Assembly: GCA_951406725.2 (NCBI GenBank)
Contig: OX597831.1
Location: 13,082,001-13,146,000 of the forward strand
DNA from: Octopus vulgaris
Lineage: Eukaryota
Length of the DNA: 64,000 nucleotides
Direction: 5' to 3'
Both the position numbers and the translations under genes were made by a program. Below, piece by piece: positions 56,256 to 64,000 of this stretch. The notes below the pieces were generated by a model. It worked only from the letters and a program-made list of their open reading frames with translations. It was not told the DNA's origin and ran no database searches. Within the stretch, counting starts at the first letter, position 1, and every line of letters begins with the position of its first letter.

Positions 56256-56600
56256 CACACATTTTCACCTATATACCATTCTGCTCAACTACTTTACGGA
56301 ACTGTGCTAGTTGATGCTGTGTTAATTCTTTATCGAACTCAGCTGCTTGACGGCCTCTGGCAGTCGTTTCAGATGCTTCCCAGGTAGGTATTCGTTATTT
56401 TCCGCACTGACACGTTCAACTCGTGCTTTCTGTCTACAGACGTAGCGAACTCCTTCATTTTTTAAATCTTTTTGTTAAGTCGACGATTGCTTTCCTAGCG
56501 CGTGCGCAATTGACTCACGGAAGTAACGATGCTCGCAGGCAAGTTATTGATAGCATCTAATGAATTTCTATATAACATGTTATCTTTGAAAGCATTCGGT

Positions 56601-56648
<48 letters not shown>

Positions 56649-56809
56649 AATATATATACTATTCATATAAAATACATTGTACGTTTATGTGTTTAAATGT
56701 ACACTGTATTTTATATGAATAATATATAGTCTGTTGACTAGTTTTTCTTCTCGCTAGATCACTGGCAGCAAAGAATTTTTCAAAATTCTTTTGCTACCCT
56801 AAGATTTAT

Positions 56810-56859
<50 letters not shown>

Positions 56860-57149
56860 AGTAGTTGAATGAATTATCTTATTAAGGATAATTCGAAAGA
56901 TAACCGATACCTGGGTAGCAAATTCACATCAGAAAGAACACGGTTGAAGTTACGTCCCTAGGGCATAGACTACGTGCTTTCGTGCGGAAATTTGTCTGTT
57001 TATTTTAAATAGATCCTTCTAGATTCTTCTACATTCAACCACTCTGACGTCACTCCTTATAAACAGACACTCATTTTCGCCATGAGCTCCTTGAGAGCAG
57101 TCAGCTAAAAGCTTTTTGGGCATTTTGATGTCGACATAAGTTCCTTGCC

Positions 57150-57230
57150 TTTCTTGATGAGAAATCTGCATAATGTACTCCTTATTCCTTCGGAATTAGG
57201 AATATGCAGCCTTCGAAACATATGTCGAAA
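57150..57230 (+). ncRNA. Type I hammerhead motif (C3>U) with extended stem II
   Basis: UUUC UUGAUGA GAA-au-CUGCAUA..UCCU-u-AUUCC-UUC-GGAAU-u-AGGA-a-UAUGCAG-cc-UUC GAAA CAUAUG UC GAAA. Palindromic ACAUAUGU, GUC triplet, overlapping AATAAA. Confidence 0.8.
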
Positions 57231-57277
57231 ATAAAGGATATTTGTTAACAAGTCGTTCAACTCCATTCTTTCATAAA

Positions 57278-57315
<38 letters not shown>

Positions 57316-57405
57316 CATCAAACTATTACACCTGCTTGTTGTTTATACACCTGTCTTCGTCTTTTGCTTTTCTATAAACTTCAACTATATATATATATAT
57401 ATATA

Positions 57406-58409
57406 TCTTTATATATATAAAACTGAGAATGTGTGTCTGTCTGTCTGTGTGTTTCCCTAAAACTGGAGAACTACACAACCAATTTCATTCAAATTTTACA
57501 CATGCCTTACTTAGGGTCCATGTAGTTTCATGGGCAAAAACAATGTTCAACTTCCTGCCTAGAGCGAGCCCATAGCAATATCATTTCTTCTCCACTATTT
57601 CAGTATTACGTGTTAAAAATGAAACAAAAATATTTCTTTATTTTATGTCAGATGCTTTCACTTTAACAATAAAAATAATAATAACAATCGAATTATATGT
57701 AGTAAGTAATAATTAAAATCAAACTAAAGTATAAGTAAAAATAGCAATTGGTATAAAATTGCATCAATGATTTGAACTTGAATAAGTGGTTTCACATGAA
57801 TGGGAATAAATTAAAAACAAAATTAGCGTGCAGATATGGAATAGTTCATATGGATAATAAAAAATTAAATTAAAGAAAAGACTATTGTCTATAAAGTATA
57901 CAATGTAGAGAAAAAAGATTTGAACACCTGAAGGAAAGCACCATCGAAAAGTGTCTTGGTGCGACTATGAAAGATATCTAACCAGAGGCGGTAAATTCGC
58001 TACAATAGAAGCAAGGTTCGAGTCAACGGAGCGTGCAAGGGAGTACTCGACTCGCACTTGCAAAGTGGAAATATTTTATTTTTACCTTTATATCTGGGAC
58101 GTAGGACGTCCCGGATAAAAATTAAAAATGTCCCTCCCCCCAGAAGTTGAGGTAGGCTGGATTGTAGCCACACTTCTATTCAAGAGGGAGGACAAGATCC
58201 AATTGATCGAAATTGCAAGAGACTGGCTTACAATTCCAGTCTGTTATATATTTTGAGTATTGTTATCACTAGCGATATCAAGATATAACTTTGTATTTTA
58301 TGTGTAGATGTATATATATAGATGTACATGTAACATGTACACATATATATATACACATATATACATGCACTAGCACTACAACCCGGCAACGATGGGTCTT
58401 TAATGCTAG
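57406..58409 (+). mobile_element. Non-autonomous Helitron (~1.0 kb) inserted in (AT)n
   Basis: 5' A|TCTTTATATATATAAAACTGAG..GTGTGTCTGTC like 40465; 3' hairpin ACCCG-GCAACGA-TGGGT (58381-58397) then CTAG|T. Confidence 0.85.
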
Positions 58410-58662
58410 TATATATATATCGCCAAAGGATATTTGGATCTACCTGTGATGCACGAGGATTTACCTTGGATGTGTCTTCTACTTACATTTACTGGTGTCT
58501 CATTTTGAATATTGTTAAGCAAATTCTTTTAATAATACTCGGTGCTTTATTGATATTTGACAGGATATTTTAATCCCCTTTGTCTTCTAAGTATAAACGC
58601 ACACACACACACACACACACACCACACACACATATATACGTATATATATATGTATGTGTGCG

Positions 58663-58697
<35 letters not shown>

Positions 58698-58865
58698 ACG
58701 TATGAGTGTATGTATGTATACCAAAAAACAATGCCTCTAGAGCAGTGGCCCAGCAACAAAATTTGCTAAGGGAGTGCAAACCCAGGTCCTAATTTTTTAA
58801 ATGAAAAATGTGGATTTTTCCAATGTTAACATTAAAACAAATGCAAGTACAATAATTTTTATTAT

Positions 58866-59330
58866 TATGAGGGTCGGCTGAAATGTTCATAATCTGAGCA
58901 AGACACTCTCAATGGAATGTGACCAAATAAAGTTCATTTTCTAACATAGTTCCTCTTACTGTCCACACACTTCCATTAGTAGTTGCAGTGCTTGGGTCAC
59001 ACTGGTGAAGAAGCTTTTTCTGTTGATCAAAATGGTCATCAACAACAGATAAGATGTTCTCATCATAGGGATACTGGTGCTCAGCTGAGTGTTTTTCTAT
59101 GTTGGGAAACATATGCTAACCAGAAGGAACCAAATCACTAACATAGGGAACATAATCAGCCACTTACATACAGCAGCCATTGAAACCAAGGACTTGTGTG
59201 CTGAAGCATTGTCCTAATGAAACATCAGTTTTTCTGGGTGTTTGGTCTTCATTGACTTTCATAACTGCCTTATGAAGTTGGTATTGAAATTTTCCATTGA
59301 TGGTGTGATCATTTTGAAGATATCCAATAA
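58866..59330 (-). mobile_element. Old mariner remnant (3' end and TIR)
   Basis: TA-TGAGGGTCGGCTGAAA terminus; minus-strand WKCVDSKRNYVRK resembles the mariner C-terminal KCVxxxGDYVEK. Confidence 0.6.
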
Positions 59331-60329
59331 ACACAATATTTTTTGCCTTAATGCATAGTATATATAATAATGTGAAGTATATTTTGCATATTAAAATGTT
59401 TAATTTTGGAAATGTATCAAGCAGAGCTAAAATAAGCAGTAAAAATACAAATTGCAAGTATTTCAAAATGTGGGACACTACATGACAAAACTAACAAAAA
59501 AGAAAAGGAAGAAAATAGTGGTGTTTGTGTTACAAAGGTACAATGAGAAGGCTCAGGAGAAGGATAGAGAGATGGGGTAGAGGGAAGGAACTTAGAAGGA
59601 AAAAAGAATGAAAAGTGAAAAGATAAATTGGGCATCTGAAATGAGTACGAGGCAGGAAATTAGCCCCTGTGCCGGTGGCATGTAAAAACAGCACCCACTA
59701 CAGTCTCAGAGTGGTTGGCGTTAGGAAGGGCATCCAGCTGTAGAAACACTGCCAAATCAGACTGGAGCCTGGTGCAGCCTCCTGGCTTACCATGCACCAG
59801 TCGAACCATTCAACCTAGCATGGAAAATAGACATGGAAAATAGACATTAAACGATGATGTCTTACCTATGCACTGGTCAAGTAGAAAAACGATGAGTGAC
59901 AAAAAATTGGATTGTCTTTTGGTACAAAGTGAAGAAAGAGAGTAGAGAAGGTTAGAGAAGAGCAAGTAGGAAGAAAGAGAGAGTGCGGAGAAAGAAGGGA
60001 ATAAAGATAGACAGTAGGTAGTTGACAGAGATGGACAGAGGAAGAAATGGAAGACAGTGAAGAGAGAAAAGCAGCAGATAGGTAGAGAGGTAGATAGAGG
60101 GGAAAGGAGAGGGACAGAGAAATAGATAGAAAAGAGAGACAGTCTTGCACCAAATATTGAACACTGCGTAGGGTACCACTGAGTGGGAACAGAAGTGAGT
60201 GTGTGACATTACACTGACTAACAGACCTAAGCTACTGCACATAAAGTCAACAAACACACATATATAATGATAAAGGAAATTGTTGTATACAGTGCTCAGG
60301 TGCACTACAACTAAAAAGAAAAAAATGGC

Positions 60330-61113
60330 CATCAGGTGTACTGTTGGCGGATTTCAGGACACATGGAAGTTTTGAAGGATGTAGTGTCTTGACAGCTAAC
60401 AACTGATGCTTCTGCAATTCTGAGCATGAAAATTTGTTTCCGAAAGTCATGGCTGCTGTGTTGTTTTTGATTTTATAAGCATGTCCGTGAGTGTGTGTCA
60501 TATGGAATTAAAAAAAAGGTACCAAGGTTGTTGTTGGAAATATGGTGGATAATCTTGTGGGAGTCAATCAAGTCAGTTGCCAGACGTCTGGGCTTCAATG
60601 TATCCATACCCAGAAATGCAAGACGTTCAGAGTGTGGTAGATGTCTGACGGTGGGTATTTGCTTTGTTGCACATTCCTGAACAGTTTCCAGGAGATTTAT
60701 ATGCTGAGAAAGAGAGAGGTTCCAGACTGGCGATGCAAATTCCAAGTGTGGACATACTATTGTTGTATTCAATTTTAAATAGATAACTGAAGAGTGGCTG
60801 ACAAAGGTCTGACTGAGTGATACTAGCACAACCTCAGCCTTTTTGACAACCTTAGATATGTGGTTTGTCCCAGGCAGATTGTTGTTACAATAATACGCAG
60901 AACATGTCCACCAGAAAATTTCTTGAGATTGGTGTTGCTGAGAGATTATTTAAAAGCTGGATTTTTCCTCCCAAAATGCATGGTGACAGAATTGTCTACA
61001 GATAGCTTGAGATGTTAGCCAGAGGTCCACTGCTGCAGTGTATCCAGATACGATTGCAAGATCGTATATGTTCTTTTTAATTCATGGTACAGCTTGGTAT
61101 CATCTGCATATTT
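60330..61113 (-). mobile_element. CR1-clade LINE 3' fragment (RT C-terminal half)
   Basis: KYADDTKLYH (YADD at 61099-61110), LDTLQQW, IVCPHLEFASPVWN...LETVQECATKQIP...ERLAFLGMDTLKPRRLATDLI. Confidence 0.9.
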
Positions 61114-61117
61114 CAAA

Positions 61118-64000
61118 ACTAAACTTTCAAGGAAGTTTTCGACGAAACATCCAGAAAGTAAAAAAAATCCTCGGAACTTCTAGTAAGTTTGAGGCCAAAC
61201 TTCCCGGAAGTTCCAGGAATTGGAAAATCCCTGGAACTTCCAAGGAAGTTTTCGACGAAACTTCCCGAAAGTTGAAAGAGCATCGGAACTTCCCAGGAAG
61301 ATTTCGACAAAACTTCCCGAAAGTTGATAAAACCTCGGGAATTCCCAGTAAGTTTTCCAAGAAACTTCCCGAAAGTTGGAACTTCCCAGGAAATTTTCGA
61401 CGAAATTTCTCTGATTATGGAAAATTCTCGGAACATCCGAGGAAGTTTCCGACCAAACTCCCTAGAGGTTTTTAAATCATATGAAACTCCCAGGAAGTTT
61501 CGACGAAACTTCCAGGAAGTTAGAAAGTCCTCGGAACTTCCCTGGAAGTTTTCGACGAAACTTCAATGCAGTTAGAAAATCTCGGAAATTTACCCATGAA
61601 ATTGCAAAGAAGCTGCCCATCAATTTTTCGACGAAACTTAGAAAATCCTCGGAAATTTGCAGGAAATTTTCGACGAAACTTCCAGGAAGTTACAAAATCC
61701 GAGGAAGTTTGAGACCAAACGTCCCGGAAGTTAGAAAACCCTCGGAATTGCCTAGGAAGATTCGACGAAACTTCCAGGAAGTTAGAAAATCCTCGGAACT
61801 TCTTAGTACATTTTCGACGAAACTTCTAGGAAGTTGGAAAATCCTCGGAACTTCACAGGAAGTATCCGACGAAACTTCCAGGAAGTTAGAAAGTCCTCGG
61901 AACTTCCCTGGACGTTTTCGACGAAACTTGCAGGTAGTCAGAAAATCTCGGAACTGCCCATGAAAATTTCGACCAAACTTCCCGAAAGTTAGAAAACCCT
62001 CGGAAATTTGCAGGAAGTTTTCGACGAAACTTCCAGGAAGTTAGAAAATCCTCGGAACTTCCCAGTACATTTTCGACGAAACTTCTAGTAAGTCGGAAAA
62101 TCCTCGGAAATTCCCTGGAAGTTTTCGACGAAACTTCCAGGTAATTAGAAAATCTCGGAACCGCCCATGAAATTTTCGACCAAACTTCCGGAAAGTTAGA
62201 AAATCATGGAAAATTTGCATGAAGTATTCGAGGAAACTCCCAGGAAGTTAGAAAATCCTCGTAACTTCCCAGTACATTTTCGACGAAACTTCTAGGAAGT
62301 TGGAAAATTCTCGGAACTTCACAGGAAGTTTTCGACGAAACTTCAATGCAGTTAGAAAATCTCGGAACTGCCCTGGAAGTTTTCGACGAAACTTGCAGGT
62401 AATCAGAAAATCTCGGAACTGCCCATGAAAATTTCGACCAAACTTCCTGAAAGTTAGAAAACCCTCGGAAATTTGCAGGAAGTTTTCGACGAAACTTCCA
62501 GGAAGTTAGAAAATCCTCGGAACTTCCCAGTACATTTTCGACGAAACTTCTAGTAAGTCGGGAAATCCTCGGAAATTCCCTGGAAGTTTTCGATGAAACT
62601 TCCAGGTAGTTAGAAAATCTCGGAACCGCCCATGAAATTTTCGACCAAACTTCCCGAAAGTTAGAAAATCATGGAAAATGTGCATGAAGTATTCGAGGAA
62701 ACTTCCAGGAGTTAGAAAATCCTCGTAATTTCCTAGTACATTTTCGACGAAACTTCTAGGAAGTTGGAAAATCCTCGGAACTTCACAGGAAGTATTCGAC
62801 GAAACTTCCAGGAAGTTAGAAAATCTAGGAACTGCCATGGAAGTTTTCGACGAAACTTGCAGGTAGTCAGAAAATCTCGGAACTGTCCATGAAATTTTCG
62901 ACAAAACTTCCCGAAAGTTAGAAAACCCTCGGAAATTTGCAGGAAGTTTTCGACGAAACTTCCAGGAAGTTAGAAAATCCTCGGAACTTTCCATTACATT
63001 TTCGACGAAACTTCTAGTAAGTCGGAAAATTCTCGGAAATTCCCTGGAAGTTTCCGACGAACCTTCCGCCCATGAAATTTTGGACCAAACTTCCCGAAAG
63101 TTAGAAAATCATGGAAAATTTGCATGAAGTATTCGACGATTCTTCCAAGAAGTTAGAAAATCCTCGGAACTTCCCAGTATATTTCGACGAAACTTCTAGG
63201 AAGTTGGAAAATCCTCGGAACTGCCCTGGAAGTTTTCGATGAAACTTCCAGGTAGTTAGAAAATCTCGGAACCGCCCATGAAATTTTCGACCAAACTTCC
63301 CGAAAGTTAGAAAATCATGGAAAATGTGCATGAAGTATTCGAGGAAACTTCCAGGAAGTTAGAAAATCCTCGTAATTTCCTAGTACATTTTCGACGAAAC
63401 TTCTAGTAAGTTGGAAAATCCTCGGAACTTCACAGGAAGTATTCGACGAAACTTCCAGGAAGTTAGAAAATCTAGGAACTGCCATGGAAGTTTTCGACGA
63501 AACTTGCAGGTAGTCAGAAAATCTCGGAACTGTCCATGAAATTTTCGACAAAACTTCCCGAAAGTTAGAAAACCCTCGGAAATTTGCAGGAAGTTTTCGA
63601 CGAAACTTCCAGGAAGTTAGAAAATCCTCGGAACTTTCCATTACATTTTCGACGAAACTTCTAGTAAGTCGGAAAATTCTCGGAAATTCCCTGGAAGTTT
63701 CCGACGAACCTTCCGCCCATGAAATTTTCGACCAAACTTCCCGAAAGTTAGAAAATCATGGAAAATTTGCATGAAGTATTCGACGAATCTTCCAAGAAGT
63801 TAGAAAATCCTCGGAACTTCCCAGTATATTTCGACGAAACTTCTAGGAAGTTGGAAAATCCTCGGAACTGAACAGGAAGTATTCGACGAAACTTCCAGGA
63901 AGTTAGAAAGTCCTCGGAACTTCCCTGGAAGTTTTCGACGAAACTTGCAGGTAGTTAGAAAATCTCGGAACTGCCCATGAAATTTTCGACCAAACTTCCC
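61118..64000. repeat. Satellite DNA, ~52-bp monomer, with higher-order repeats; runs off the window end
   Basis: Consensus TTCGACGAAACTTCCAGGAAGTTAGAAAATCCTCGGAACTTCCCAGGAAGTT. CGAC/CGAG anchors at 62022, 62074, 62126, 62177, 62229 and 62281. Diagnostic variants repeat at 647-bp spacing. Confidence 0.97.

Noticed and set aside
61038-63641. ORFs of 76-162 aa in the terminal repeat
   Set aside because: Chance open frames through a 51-52-bp satellite whose period is not a consistent multiple of three.
61118-64000. CRISPR-like array or CENP-B box
   Set aside because: There are no unique spacers or cas genes and the context is eukaryotic. The TTCG is not followed by the A..CGGG of a CENP-B box.

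Overview
AT-rich, repeat-saturated eukaryotic DNA. I found no supportable host protein-coding exon. The mix of very long (TA)n/(CA)n/(TATC)n microsatellites and tRNA-derived SINEs suggests an Octopus/cephalopod genome (inference). Contents: many SINE copies from several families; decayed LINEs (L1/Tx1, CR1, RTE); Penelope-like element (PLE) remnants; Tc1/mariner fragments; three Helitrons; and a TIR MITE with an 8-bp TSD. From about 61.1 kb to the window end there is a ~52-bp palindromic satellite with a 647-bp higher-order duplication. The most notable signal is about 11 type I hammerhead-ribozyme motifs on both strands. Most have a minimal, self-complementary stem III, sit in short elements bracketed by (TA)n, and are often next to long fold-back inverted repeats. 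Almost all ORFs in the supplied track are microsatellite or satellite artefacts. Everything was read and paired by eye; most boundaries are approximate and no searches were run.
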